42,318 nt of DNA from a virus: positions 1-42,318 of the IMG/VR virus record IMGVR_UViG_2937098957_000001. The stretch is one strand, 5' to 3'. The position numbers and the translations under genes were made by a program. A model generated the notes under the pieces. It had not been told where the DNA came from. It saw only the letters and a program-made list of their open reading frames with translations, and searched no databases. Shown here piece after piece: positions 24,196 through 33,598 of this stretch (position 1 is the first letter of the stretch; every line of letters begins with the position of its first letter).

Positions 24196-24684
24196 ATGAC
24201 GAATATCATCGGTGTAAACCTCACAAAGACCTATACGGCGGCGATGCTCACCGGCTCCGAAGCCGGAACTGCATTCGCCGTTGGCGATCGCTACGTTGAC
24301 CAGAGCGGCAAGGAATACCGCTTTGTTCAGTATGACACTGGCGCCGGCTCCGTCGCGGCTGTAGCGGGCAACTTCGCCTACTACTACGCACCGTCCGGTG
24401 CCTCTGCCGGTGCAACGGGCGTCGTCACGTCGGACCTGTCGGACTCGGCAGGCGTTGGCGCTGGCGTGCTCCTGTCGGCCCCGGCTGACGGCGAATACTG
24501 CTGGATCCAGACCCGCGGCGAAGCAACGCTCACCACGGCTCTGACGGCAGGCGCAGACGGTAATGCCCTGACCCCGGTAGGTGCAACTGACGGCACGCTC
24601 AATGTGTCGGCCCTCGTGACCGATCACATCTGCGCAATCGCGGTCGATGCCTCGGCAAAGATCGTCTTTGTTACCTGCCCGTAA
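24196..24684 (+). CDS. Putative head decoration/cement protein
   Basis: 162 aa, G/A/T-rich, immediately after the capsid gene. AAGGAGA SD. Confidence 0.5.
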   Translation: MTNIIGVNLTKTYTAAMLTGSEAGTAFAVGDRYVDQSGKEYRFVQYDTGAGSVAAVAGNFAYYYAPSGASAGATGVVTSDLSDSAGVGAGVLLSAPADGEYCWIQTRGEATLTTALTAGADGNALTPVGATDGTLNVSALVTDHICAIAVDASAKIVFVTCP

Positions 24685-24693
24685 TCACGAATG

Positions 24694-24723
24694 AGGGGCG
24701 GTCTTCGGGCCGCCTCTTCCTTT
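24694..24723 (+). terminator. Intrinsic terminator after the capsid genes
   Basis: AGGGGCGGTC-TTCG-GGCCGCCTCT hairpin, then TCCTTT. Confidence 0.65.
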
Positions 24724-24765
24724 GACGGCAACGCCAGTCTGGCGCCCACAATCGGAGAATGACAA

Positions 24766-25347
24766 ATGGACTCGGTTGATGAAACCGCGCGCCTTGCGCA
24801 CATCTATCCTCTGAAATTCTGGACAGACTACGAAGACGGCGAAGGCGACGAACTCCGCCCCGTCGATTGGGTTACGTGGGTAAAAAAGGGCACGCAGAAC
24901 GGCAACGAGACCACCGACAAGGTAGCTCGTGTCAAGCGTGACGATATGAAGTGGGGAGCGCTGAAGCCCTATTATGAGGCCTGGAAGTCGAAGACGGAAG
25001 CGCCGGTAAATGGCTACCCGCTCGATGCATGGCCGGGTGTTACCGCAGAACAAGCAAGGGTGCTGAAAGAGCGCCACGTTCGCAGCGTCGAGGATCTGGT
25101 TAATTCCTCCGATGCGGACCTGATCAAGATCGGGCTTCCCGGCATCCGACAGATCCACGGTCGGGCAAAGGCCTTCCTGGAAGCCCGAGTGAGCACGGCG
25201 CCCGTCGCAAAGGAAGTCGCCCAGCTCCGCGAGGAAAACCGTGTGATGCGGGAAGAACTTGAGGCGGCGATGGCCCTCCTGAAGGAAGCGACCAACAAGC
25301 CGGATGCGCCTCGCCGCGGTCGCCCGCCAAAGGATGACGCTGAATGA
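24766..25347 (+). CDS. Virion-module protein (HhH-like segment)
   Basis: 193-aa ORF. TAEQARVLKERHVRSVEDLV ... LPGIRQIHGRAKAFL. Confidence 0.55.
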   Translation: MDSVDETARLAHIYPLKFWTDYEDGEGDELRPVDWVTWVKKGTQNGNETTDKVARVKRDDMKWGALKPYYEAWKSKTEAPVNGYPLDAWPGVTAEQARVLKERHVRSVEDLVNSSDADLIKIGLPGIRQIHGRAKAFLEARVSTAPVAKEVAQLREENRVMREELEAAMALLKEATNKPDAPRRGRPPKDDAE

Positions 25348-26048
25348 CAATAGCCACTATCGTCTCCAACGCCACGGACCGGATAGCTGTCTCTCTCGGG
25401 AGCGCAGCCGTATTCTCCAACCCCGGAGAAACCGCCCGTCAGATGCGCGCCCTTGCCAATCAGGAAGGCAAGGAATTGATGCGCCGTGGCACGTGGGAAG
25501 TTCTCACGAAGGAAACGACGTTCACGGCTATCGCACAGGAAACGCAAACCGACGTTATCCCTGACGACTTCGACCACATGCTGAACGAGACGTTCTATAA
25601 CAGGACGCGCAAAAGGCAGGTGGTCGGCCCTCTCACTCCCAAGGAGTGGCAGGAACAGAAATCAATCGTCGCGACGGTGCTTTACGACAGCTACCGTATT
25701 CGCGGCGGTTCAATTCTCATGATCCCGGTTCCCTCTGCCGGCGACGAATACGCCTTTGAGTACGTTTCCAATCAGTGGGTGCTGTCGACCGACGAAGAGG
25801 CCAAGACGGCATTCACAACGGACTCTGACACGCCGGTCCTGGATGAGGAACTTATCACTCTCGGCGTGATCTGGCGCTTCCTCAAGGCCAAGGGCTTCGA
25901 CTACGCGGAAGCCTTCAGGACATACGAGCTGCAGGTTTCGCAGGCTCTCGGTCGGGACGGCTCCAAGCGCACGGTGAACTTTGCCCAGCGCATCGACTAC
26001 GGCCGCCCGCGTTATCCAGGCATTCAAGACGGTAACTGGAACCTCTGA
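25344..26048 (+). CDS. Virion structural protein (head-tail/tail-hub candidate)
   Basis: 234-aa ORF with an ATGA overlap. Confidence 0.55.
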   Translation: MTIATIVSNATDRIAVSLGSAAVFSNPGETARQMRALANQEGKELMRRGTWEVLTKETTFTAIAQETQTDVIPDDFDHMLNETFYNRTRKRQVVGPLTPKEWQEQKSIVATVLYDSYRIRGGSILMIPVPSAGDEYAFEYVSNQWVLSTDEEAKTAFTTDSDTPVLDEELITLGVIWRFLKAKGFDYAEAFRTYELQVSQALGRDGSKRTVNFAQRIDYGRPRYPGIQDGNWNL

Positions 26049-27679
26049 TGCTTCAGCCGCTGCGCAGAAATCCTCAGCGCCAACGGGTGTCTCGGGGTGT
26101 GTCACTCCCCGCGCCCGTCGAGGGCTGGGACACATCCTCGCCGCTTGCGGAGATGTCGCCCAAGCGCGCGATCACGCTCGACAACTGGTTCCCGCAGGCT
26201 GAATACGTGGAAGTCCGAAAGGGCCACAGGCTCCACCGCCCGACCGCAGAAAGTACGCCTGTAGAAACGCTGATCGTCTACAATGGGGTGATATCGAGCA
26301 AGCTTTTTGCCGTGGCGAATGGCGACCTTTTCGACGTGTCGGGCGCCGATACGCACGCGCAGACGGCCGAAGTCGGGATTACCAATCTCGCCAACAGCCG
26401 AATTCAGTACGTGAACTTCACTACGACGGGCGGACACTTCGCCTGGTGCTGCAACGGGGCGGACAATCCGTTTACCTACGACGGCGCCACGTGGGCGGCA
26501 ACTCCTGCCATCACAGGAGTTTCTCCCGGCGATATCGTCAATGTGAACGTTCACAAGAACCGACTCTGGTTCGTCCTCTCGGATAGCACGAAGGCGGCCT
26601 ATCTCGCCCCCGACAGCATTGGGGGCGCTGCAACCGAGTTTGAGCTTGGCGGCCTGATGTCGATGGGCGGCTATCTCGTGGCGATGGGCACCTGGTCGCG
26701 CGATGCCGGCGATGGGCCCGACGATTACGCGGTGTTCGTCACGTCACGAGGGCAGATCATCGTTTACGCGGGGACAGACCCGAACAGCGCGGACACATGG
26801 TCTCTGATCGGCGTGTTCAACCTCGGCGCCCCTCTCGGGCGGCGTTGCTTTACGAAAGTGGGCTCGGATCTCGCTGTCATCACGATCGATGGCGTTTACC
26901 CGCTTTCGAATGCCATCTCCTTCGACCGCGGGGCGATCGAGCGCATAGCGATTACCGGCCGCATCCAGCGCGCCATGAACGACGCTGCAAGGCAGGCGCA
27001 GAACTCTTTCGGTTGGGAACTGGTCGGCTACCCCAAGGGGACGATGGCAATCCTCAACGTTCCCATTGTGGAAAACGTCAGCCAGCAGCAATTCGTCATG
27101 AATACGCTGACGGGCGCATGGTGCCGGTTTACGAACCAGAACGCCAACACCTTCGCGGTCTTCAACGACCGGCTGTTTTTCGGGGGGAATGACGGGACCG
27201 TTTATGAGGCCGATGTCGCCGGGTCGGACTATCTGTCCAACTTCACGGCGCTCATGAAGACCTCGTTTCAGTATTACGGACAAAGGGGCGTCAAGAAGCG
27301 TTGGACGATGATCCAGCCGCTCATCACCACAGATGGCGCCGTTATCCCCTCGATCGGCTTGGATACGGATTTCCGGAACGGTGGCGCGCTTAGTCTCGCG
27401 ACGACCGTTCCGGTATCCTCAGGCCTTTGGAACCAGATGATCTGGAACCTCGATCCGTGGGGCCAGCAGGAAAACACGCTGATCGATTGGCTTTCCGTGA
27501 GCGGTCTCGGACAGAACGCGGCGATCAACCTCCGGGTCGATATCCAGGGCGAGCAGAGCGGCAGTCTCTTTGACGTGGCTCTGTTCGATGAGGCCGTTTT
27601 TGAGCCCGAGGGAACCAACCCGATCACGCTTCAGGTCAATGGCTTCAACCTCACAGTAGAAACCGGCGAATATCTATGA
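26048..27679 (+). CDS. Large virion structural protein (tail-hub candidate)
   Basis: 543-aa ORF with a TGATG overlap. Confidence 0.6.
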   Translation: MLQPLRRNPQRQRVSRGVSLPAPVEGWDTSSPLAEMSPKRAITLDNWFPQAEYVEVRKGHRLHRPTAESTPVETLIVYNGVISSKLFAVANGDLFDVSGADTHAQTAEVGITNLANSRIQYVNFTTTGGHFAWCCNGADNPFTYDGATWAATPAITGVSPGDIVNVNVHKNRLWFVLSDSTKAAYLAPDSIGGAATEFELGGLMSMGGYLVAMGTWSRDAGDGPDDYAVFVTSRGQIIVYAGTDPNSADTWSLIGVFNLGAPLGRRCFTKVGSDLAVITIDGVYPLSNAISFDRGAIERIAITGRIQRAMNDAARQAQNSFGWELVGYPKGTMAILNVPIVENVSQQQFVMNTLTGAWCRFTNQNANTFAVFNDRLFFGGNDGTVYEADVAGSDYLSNFTALMKTSFQYYGQRGVKKRWTMIQPLITTDGAVIPSIGLDTDFRNGGALSLATTVPVSSGLWNQMIWNLDPWGQQENTLIDWLSVSGLGQNAAINLRVDIQGEQSGSLFDVALFDEAVFEPEGTNPITLQVNGFNLTVETGEYL

Positions 27680-28092
27680 TCCTGCTGTCCAACGAGCCGG
27701 CTATCGTGAGCGCCTTTGTCTCGGGGCAGACGGGTGACCAGTACACCGATGTCATGCGCGCTCTTGGCATTTTGAGCCGGGAAGGGCGCATTATCGGCGG
27801 CGTGCTACTCACCAACTACACCGGCTTCGGCGTCGAACTGACGCTGGCGGGCAGGGGGTGCATTTCGCGCACAGCGTGGCAGGCCATCGGGGACTTGGCG
27901 TTCGGTGATCTCGGTTGCCAGCGCATCTCCGTCACGACGAGAAAATCCAACAAGAGGGTCTGCAAATTGGCCCCGCGTCTCAAGTTTAAATTCGAAGGAA
28001 TAGCCCGAAAATATTACGGGAAGGAAGACGGCGTGATGTTCAGTCTTCTCCGGGACGAGGCGATCCAGCACGGCTACTGGAAGGAAGCGTAA
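27676..28092 (+). CDS. GNAT-fold acetyltransferase (short, RimJ/RimL-like C-terminal pattern)
   Basis: RGCISRTAWQAIGDLAFGDLGCQRISVTTRKSNKRVCKLAPRLKFKFEGIARKYY ... DGVMFSLLRDE. Confidence 0.55.
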   Translation: MILLSNEPAIVSAFVSGQTGDQYTDVMRALGILSREGRIIGGVLLTNYTGFGVELTLAGRGCISRTAWQAIGDLAFGDLGCQRISVTTRKSNKRVCKLAPRLKFKFEGIARKYYGKEDGVMFSLLRDEAIQHGYWKEA

Positions 28093-29031
28093 ATGTCCGC
28101 ACCGAAGGCGCCAGATCCCGCCAAAACAGCAGCAGCGCAGGCGCAGTCCAACAAAGAGACCGCGATTGCCCAATATGGTCTGAATGCCACTAACCAGGTC
28201 ACGCCTTACGGCAACCTGACTTACACCCAGATTGGCAAGTGGGAAGATGGCACGCCGCGTTATCAGGCGTCAACCGTTCTCTCTCCCGAGCAGCAGAAGC
28301 TCTACCAGCAGCAGACGCAGCTCGGCGGGAAGCTGAACGACCTTGCCCTCGGACAGACCGACAGGCTTTCGGGTGTTCTCTCGCAGCCGGTCAACCTCTC
28401 CAACGAGGCAACCGAAGGGCGGTTGATGGAGCTTGGCCGCAAGCGGCTCGACCCGCTGATGGCGCAGCGCAAAGCATCCACAGAGGCCGATCTGATCAAC
28501 CGCGGCATTCGCCCCGGTACTGAAGCTTACAACCGCGCGATGACCTCTGTCGGACAGCAGGAAAACGACGCATACAACGAGCTGTTGCTGAAAGGCCGCG
28601 GCCAGTCGGTCCAGGAAACGCTTGCAGAGCGCAACCAGCCGATCAACGAGATTTCCGCCCTTCTCAGCGGCGGGCAGGTCACGTCTCCGCAGTTCGTCAA
28701 CACCCCGACGCCCGGAGTTAACGGGACAGACGTGGCTGGGATCACCAACAACGCATATCAGCAGCAGATGGCCGGTTATCAGTCGAAGATGTCGGGCCTT
28801 CTCGGTCTCGGCACGGCGATCGGGGGATGGGCGTTCTCGGATCGCAGGCTCAAGAGCGCCATCCAGCGCGTGGGCACGCATCGCCTCGGCATTGGCGTCT
28901 ATGAATACGACATCGCAGGGGGTCGCCAGCGCGGCGTCATGGCTGACGAGGTGGCTCACGTCATGCCGGGCGCCGTTCGTGAGCGTGGCGGCTATCTGCA
29001 GGTCAATTACGACATGATTGGGGGCGTCTGA
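28093..29031 (+). CDS. Virion protein with C-terminal peptidase-S74 intramolecular chaperone domain
   Basis: FSDRRLKSAIQRVG ... GVYEYD ... GVMADEVAHVMPGAV ... YLQVNYDMI matches the SDxRLK ... AQEV ... Y..V.Y autoproteolysis-domain pattern. Confidence 0.65.
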   Translation: MSAPKAPDPAKTAAAQAQSNKETAIAQYGLNATNQVTPYGNLTYTQIGKWEDGTPRYQASTVLSPEQQKLYQQQTQLGGKLNDLALGQTDRLSGVLSQPVNLSNEATEGRLMELGRKRLDPLMAQRKASTEADLINRGIRPGTEAYNRAMTSVGQQENDAYNELLLKGRGQSVQETLAERNQPINEISALLSGGQVTSPQFVNTPTPGVNGTDVAGITNNAYQQQMAGYQSKMSGLLGLGTAIGGWAFSDRRLKSAIQRVGTHRLGIGVYEYDIAGGRQRGVMADEVAHVMPGAVRERGGYLQVNYDMIGGV

Positions 29032-30887
29032 TGGCTATTCTCGAAGCCGTATTCGCTGACAAGCCGGGACAGACCCCGCAGGAAGTCGAACGTCGCCGCA
29101 GGATGGCACAGGCTCTCATCGAGTCTGGCGCAGGTGGTAAGGCTCCGTCTTCCGGGCTGGAGCTTGCCGGCCGCCTAGCTATGACGCTAACGGGGCAATA
29201 TCAGGCAGGGCAGGCAGAGAAGCAGGACGCCAGCAACCGGTCGTCCGCCAACAAGGCGCTGATTGATGCCGTGTTCGGCGGGTCGCAGTCGGCGCCCTCG
29301 TTCGCCTCGCAGGCTGCGGCTACGTCTCCGTCTCAGTCTGCTGCCCCTACCGGTTCGAACCCCTATCGAGACGCAATCGCCTCGATCGAGAGCAAGGGAA
29401 GCGGCGACTATAACGCCGTTGGGCCGACGAACGCGAAGATGGGCCGCGCGCTCGGCCGCTATCAGATTATGGAAGCCAACATTGCGCCGTGGTCTCGGGA
29501 AGCTCTTGGCCGCGAGGTATCGGCCGACGAATTCATGGCAAATCCGCAGATCCAGGACGCCGTCTTCGATCACCGATTTGGGCAGTACGTGGAGCGGTTC
29601 GGCCCGGAGGGCGCCGCACAGGCTTGGTTCGCTGGCCCTGGCGGCGTTGGCAAAACGAACCGCAAGGACGCTCTCGGGACCGACGTTGGTACCTACGGCA
29701 ACAAGTTCATGTCGGCTCTTGGCCCGCAGCAGGTGGCGAGCGCTGACCCGACTGCGGCTTTCAACGCCGTTATGCCGCAACAGGCACAGCCGGCGCCGCA
29801 GACGGTGGGCGCTCCTCCTGTACCTCCGAACTCCCAGCCGATCGCATCCTCCATCCCGCAGGAGTTCGCCGGCTCCCAGCAGCTTGCCAACGCTCAGGGC
29901 GGCATCATCCCGGCTCTCATGGGCGGCTCTCCTGCTTCCCCCGAGCAAGTTGCGCAGGCTCGCGCCCTCGGGGCCCAACAGCCCCAACCGCAGCCGCAGG
30001 GGCAGGACAACCGCGCCCTGATAGCAACGCTTCTCGGCAATCCCTACACCGCGGAAGCCGGCCAGCAGCTTCTCATGCAGGAGATGCAGCGCAGGCAGGA
30101 AGCGTCCGATCCGATGCGTCAGATGGAGATGGAGAAGCAGCGCCTGGAACTTGACGCCTTGCGTAATCCACAGGCTGACCCGCTGAAGGTTGGAGAGGGC
30201 GAAACGGTCATCGACCCGCGCACCGGCCAGGTTGTTTATCAGGGCCAGCCGAAGGCCCCTGCAAAGCCTTCCGCCGTCCAAGAGTACGAATACGCCAAGG
30301 AGCAGGGCTTCCCCGGCACGTTCCAGGACTGGGAAGCATCGAAGAAGGGCGGCATGTCACTGCAGGTCGACCCTGCAACCGGCGCCGTCAGCTTCCAGCA
30401 GGGCGGCAACATAAAGCCGATGACCGAAGCCCAGAGCAAGGATGCCGTATTCTCGACCAGAGCGGCCGGCGCGTTGCCGCTCATCGACCAGTTTGGCGAT
30501 GCTCTTACTGGGATGGAGGGCACCCTAGGCGGCACAGTCGGCCAGCTTCCCGTCGTCGGCAACTTCGCGAAGACCGAGGCTTTCCAGCAGGCCGAACAGG
30601 CGGGCAAGGAGTTCCTGCAGGCAATCCTGCGTAAGGATACCGGCGCGGCCATCACGAGCGAAGAAACGACAGAATACGGGTCGGTCTATCTGCCCCGCCC
30701 CGGAGACAGCCCGCAACTTCTGCAGCAGAAGAAGGCCTCTCGCCTTCGCGCCCTCGAAGCCATCAAGGCAGGTATGCCGCCGCAGGCTATCCTGGCCCAG
30801 GAAAAGGCGCTTGCGAAGACGCAGCAAGGGTCTGCTCCCCGCCCGCCTATCGTCATCGATGGGTACACGATTGAGGAAGTCGAATAA
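29031..30887 (+). CDS. Internal virion/ejection protein with lytic transglycosylase (SLT-like) domain
   Basis: RDAIASIESKGSGDYNAVGP ... ALGRYQIMEANIAPW. Long P/Q/A-rich linkers. Confidence 0.7.
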   Translation: MAILEAVFADKPGQTPQEVERRRRMAQALIESGAGGKAPSSGLELAGRLAMTLTGQYQAGQAEKQDASNRSSANKALIDAVFGGSQSAPSFASQAAATSPSQSAAPTGSNPYRDAIASIESKGSGDYNAVGPTNAKMGRALGRYQIMEANIAPWSREALGREVSADEFMANPQIQDAVFDHRFGQYVERFGPEGAAQAWFAGPGGVGKTNRKDALGTDVGTYGNKFMSALGPQQVASADPTAAFNAVMPQQAQPAPQTVGAPPVPPNSQPIASSIPQEFAGSQQLANAQGGIIPALMGGSPASPEQVAQARALGAQQPQPQPQGQDNRALIATLLGNPYTAEAGQQLLMQEMQRRQEASDPMRQMEMEKQRLELDALRNPQADPLKVGEGETVIDPRTGQVVYQGQPKAPAKPSAVQEYEYAKEQGFPGTFQDWEASKKGGMSLQVDPATGAVSFQQGGNIKPMTEAQSKDAVFSTRAAGALPLIDQFGDALTGMEGTLGGTVGQLPVVGNFAKTEAFQQAEQAGKEFLQAILRKDTGAAITSEETTEYGSVYLPRPGDSPQLLQQKKASRLRALEAIKAGMPPQAILAQEKALAKTQQGSAPRPPIVIDGYTIEEVE

Positions 30888-32500
30888 TGCCGACATTCCA
30901 GATTACCGGCCCGGACGGCAAGAAATACCGAGTGAAGGGCGAAAACGCTGAGGGGGCTTTCAAGGCCCTCCAGCAGCACATTGGGGCCCCGCCGCCCGTG
31001 CAGGAAAGCCAAGCCTCCGTTGACACGCGCAACGATCTTTCGGCAATGACGCAGGGCATGACGGGCGAGCTTCCAGGCGGCAATCTTGCTGCCGCTCGTT
31101 ATGAGGGAATGCCCTGGCGTCAGCAAGCCGCTCAGGCAGCAGATGACACCATGCGGCTCATGGCGAATGGGATCACGTTCGGGTATGCCGACAAGATCGC
31201 TGGTGCATTGGGTGGTGAAGGAACTGATGCGGAAAGGGCCAAATCAGACGAGGCGCGCAACCGCGCAGGGAGTGCAGGAACGGCTGCGGAGCTCGTCGGC
31301 GCGGTTACCGCCCCAGTCGGCCTAGCGCGCCAAGGCGTAACGCTTGCAGGGCGCCTGGGAACAGGTGCCATGACCGGGGCAAAAGGCTTGGCCGCCCGAT
31401 CGGCCCTCATGGGCGTCGAAGGCGCTGGCTATGGCGCTCTGACCGCAGCCGGCAACGATCAGGGCATCAGCGAAGGCGCTGGCTATGGCGCTGCGGGCGG
31501 CATCCTCGGCAATGTCGCGGGCGAAGCTATTTCTGCTGGTGTGGGCAAGCTTGCGGGCGCATTCAACAAAAAACCGGCCATTCCTCAACTCGATGAGATC
31601 GAGGAAGCCAAGAATGCGGCGTATCAGCGGGCAGAGCAGGCAGGAGTTGCTTATACGCCGGCTGCTATCGACAGGATCAATGGAAGCGTTGCCAATGGGC
31701 TATCCGAACTCGGCTATGATCCCGCGCTGATGCCAGGCGCGCGTGTTGCGATCGACAGACTGCAAGAATTGCAGGGGCAGAATGTTACTCTGAAAGGTCT
31801 AGACACAGTTCGGAAGATTGCCAACCAAGGTAATCTTCCGCCTAATGCGCCCAACGCCAAGGCGAACAACGCAGCGGTTGGCAAGATTGTAAGTGCCATT
31901 GATGATCTGATAGAGAATGCCGGCCAAGGGGAAATCCTGATGGGTGATGCCGTCGCCGGGGAGCAAGCCATACGGGAGGCGCGCTCTTTGGCTGCTCGGG
32001 GCATCAAAGCAAACAAAATCGAAGACGCAGTACGGAATGCCGAAATTGACGCCGCAGCCTCTGGTTCGGGCGGGAATGTCGACAATCGCACTCGTCAGAT
32101 GCTTAAGCCTCTTCTCAAGAACCCGCGCGGTTTCACGCCAGACGAACAATCCGCATTGAATACGGCAGTTCGCGGGACGCCAACGCAGAATGCCCTCCGC
32201 TTGGCTGGGAAGCTGTCTCCTTCCGGGAACGGCCTTATGGCCATTCTTCACCTTCTAGGTGGGTCGGCAACGGGCGGCGCCACGCTTCCCTTGGCAGCAG
32301 GGGGTATGGCCGCGAAAGCTCTATCCGACAGAACTACGAGCCAAAACACAAAAAAGCTAATCGAGGTCATTCTGGCCGGTGGCGATGCGTCAGCGACGAA
32401 AGCCGCGCCGAATGCCGTTCAAAGACTTGCCCAATCGAAACGCGAAGCTCTGGCGCGCATCCTCATGAGTATCGGCGCCCACGAGGCGGGAACTCCCTGA
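30887..32500 (+). CDS. Internal virion/ejection protein (Gly/Ala-rich)
   Basis: 537-aa ORF with a TAATG overlap. Confidence 0.6.
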   Translation: MPTFQITGPDGKKYRVKGENAEGAFKALQQHIGAPPPVQESQASVDTRNDLSAMTQGMTGELPGGNLAAARYEGMPWRQQAAQAADDTMRLMANGITFGYADKIAGALGGEGTDAERAKSDEARNRAGSAGTAAELVGAVTAPVGLARQGVTLAGRLGTGAMTGAKGLAARSALMGVEGAGYGALTAAGNDQGISEGAGYGAAGGILGNVAGEAISAGVGKLAGAFNKKPAIPQLDEIEEAKNAAYQRAEQAGVAYTPAAIDRINGSVANGLSELGYDPALMPGARVAIDRLQELQGQNVTLKGLDTVRKIANQGNLPPNAPNAKANNAAVGKIVSAIDDLIENAGQGEILMGDAVAGEQAIREARSLAARGIKANKIEDAVRNAEIDAAASGSGGNVDNRTRQMLKPLLKNPRGFTPDEQSALNTAVRGTPTQNALRLAGKLSPSGNGLMAILHLLGGSATGGATLPLAAGGMAAKALSDRTTSQNTKKLIEVILAGGDASATKAAPNAVQRLAQSKREALARILMSIGAHEAGTP

Positions 32501-32644
32501 CAGCAACCAGGCGAAGAAGAACAGGAACGCGACTAGCAGGGCGTTGTCTATAGGCCCGCGGCTATGAGCGAAAATCGAGCCGTGCGTGTAGCTATACGCC
32601 GCGACGGCAATGCCAATGTACGAGCATGCCAAAGCAAACGGCAT
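32390..32644 (-). CDS. Small membrane protein antisense to the late operon
   Basis: GGAAGGAG SD lies 5 nt before the ATG. MPFALACSYIGIAVAAYSY ... LLVAFLFFFAWLL has two hydrophobic segments. Third positions are GC-rich. The 3' 111 nt overlap the end of 30887..32500. Confidence 0.45.
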   Translation of the reverse strand: MPFALACSYIGIAVAAYSYTHGSIFAHSRGPIDNALLVAFLFFFAWLLSGSSRLVGADTHEDARQSFAFRLGKSLNGIRRGFRR

Positions 32645-32689
32645 CCGAACTCCTTCCTGAAAAACGAGAACCGTACACGACATCTCACA

Positions 32690-32714
32690 GCCTCGCAATC
32701 GCGGGGCTTTTTTT
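32690..32714 (+). terminator. Intrinsic terminator just upstream of the tail-fibre gene
   Basis: GCCTCGC-AATC-GCGGGGC, followed by seven T. Confidence 0.75.
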
Positions 32715-32726
32715 ATGAGGTAGATA

Positions 32727-33587
32727 ATGCCCCGTAACGGAAGCGGCACAGCCAGCATCGTCAACACGTTCACGCCGCTGACAACGGCTGACGCGAACGA
32801 TGTCAATGAGAATTTCACCGACATTGCCACGATGATCACGGACTCGCTGCCTCGCGACGGGCAGGCGGGAATGTCTGGGCAATTGTTGGCGATCTCGGGA
32901 ACGGCCACAGAGCCTGGTATCGCCTTCAACGCCGACACCAACACCGGCATTCGCCGGCCGTCTGGTGGCACACTCGCGCTGGTTTGCGGCGGCTCGGACA
33001 TTGCCACGCTCACAAGCACAGGCGTGGCGGTCAGCGTGGCCCCTACGACTGGGGATCACCTCACCAACAAAACCTACGTTGACGCGCAAATACCCGCCGC
33101 GACATCGCTTGTTCCGTCTGGCTCGGTGATGATGTTCGCAGCAAGCACTGCCCCGAACGGCTGGCTTGAATGCAACGGCGCCGCGGTCTCACGCACGACG
33201 TATGCGGATCTCTTCGCCGTTATCGGGACCACTTGGGGCGCGGGTGACGGGGCAACAACGTTCACCGTTCCAGACCTCCGCGGGGAGTTCGTTAGAGGTT
33301 GGGATCACGGCAAAGGCACAGATACCGGGCGCACTTTCGGGAGCTCCCAAGGGCAGGCAATCCAGCAACACAACCACTATCTCCCGACCAGTACCGGGGT
33401 CGCTGGCACAACCTGGAGCCTCGATGACACCCTGTGGCAACAGACGCAAGCAAATGCGAACCCATCTGGCGCTGGCACCCCAGCCCTCACCTTCAATGAC
33501 GCCAGCCAACAGAGCGGAACCCTAGGCACTTTCGCCACAGAGACCCGCCCGCGCAACGTCGCCCTCATGTACATCATCAAAACCTAA
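32727..33587 (+). CDS. Tail fibre protein with phage tail-collar domain
   Basis: APNGWLECNGAAVSRTTYADLFAVIGTTWGAGDGATTFTVPDLRGEFVRG collar-domain signature. The N-terminus MPRNGSG ... DSLPRDG is shared with the next gene. Confidence 0.8.
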   Translation: MPRNGSGTASIVNTFTPLTTADANDVNENFTDIATMITDSLPRDGQAGMSGQLLAISGTATEPGIAFNADTNTGIRRPSGGTLALVCGGSDIATLTSTGVAVSVAPTTGDHLTNKTYVDAQIPAATSLVPSGSVMMFAASTAPNGWLECNGAAVSRTTYADLFAVIGTTWGAGDGATTFTVPDLRGEFVRGWDHGKGTDTGRTFGSSQGQAIQQHNHYLPTSTGVAGTTWSLDDTLWQQTQANANPSGAGTPALTFNDASQQSGTLGTFATETRPRNVALMYIIKT

Positions 33588-33598
33588 AGGGTTCCCCT

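Noticed and set aside
23167-24627. Minus ORF of 486 aa across the capsid and decoration genes
   Set aside because: It is antisense to the major capsid gene, with an R/G/V/A-rich product and no start context.
28270-30281. ORFs 28270..28959 (-), 29187..30281 (-, 364 aa) and 29263..30021 (+, 252 aa)
   Set aside because: They are alternate or antisense frames of the S74-domain and SLT-domain genes. Their products are extremely R/L/S/P-rich.
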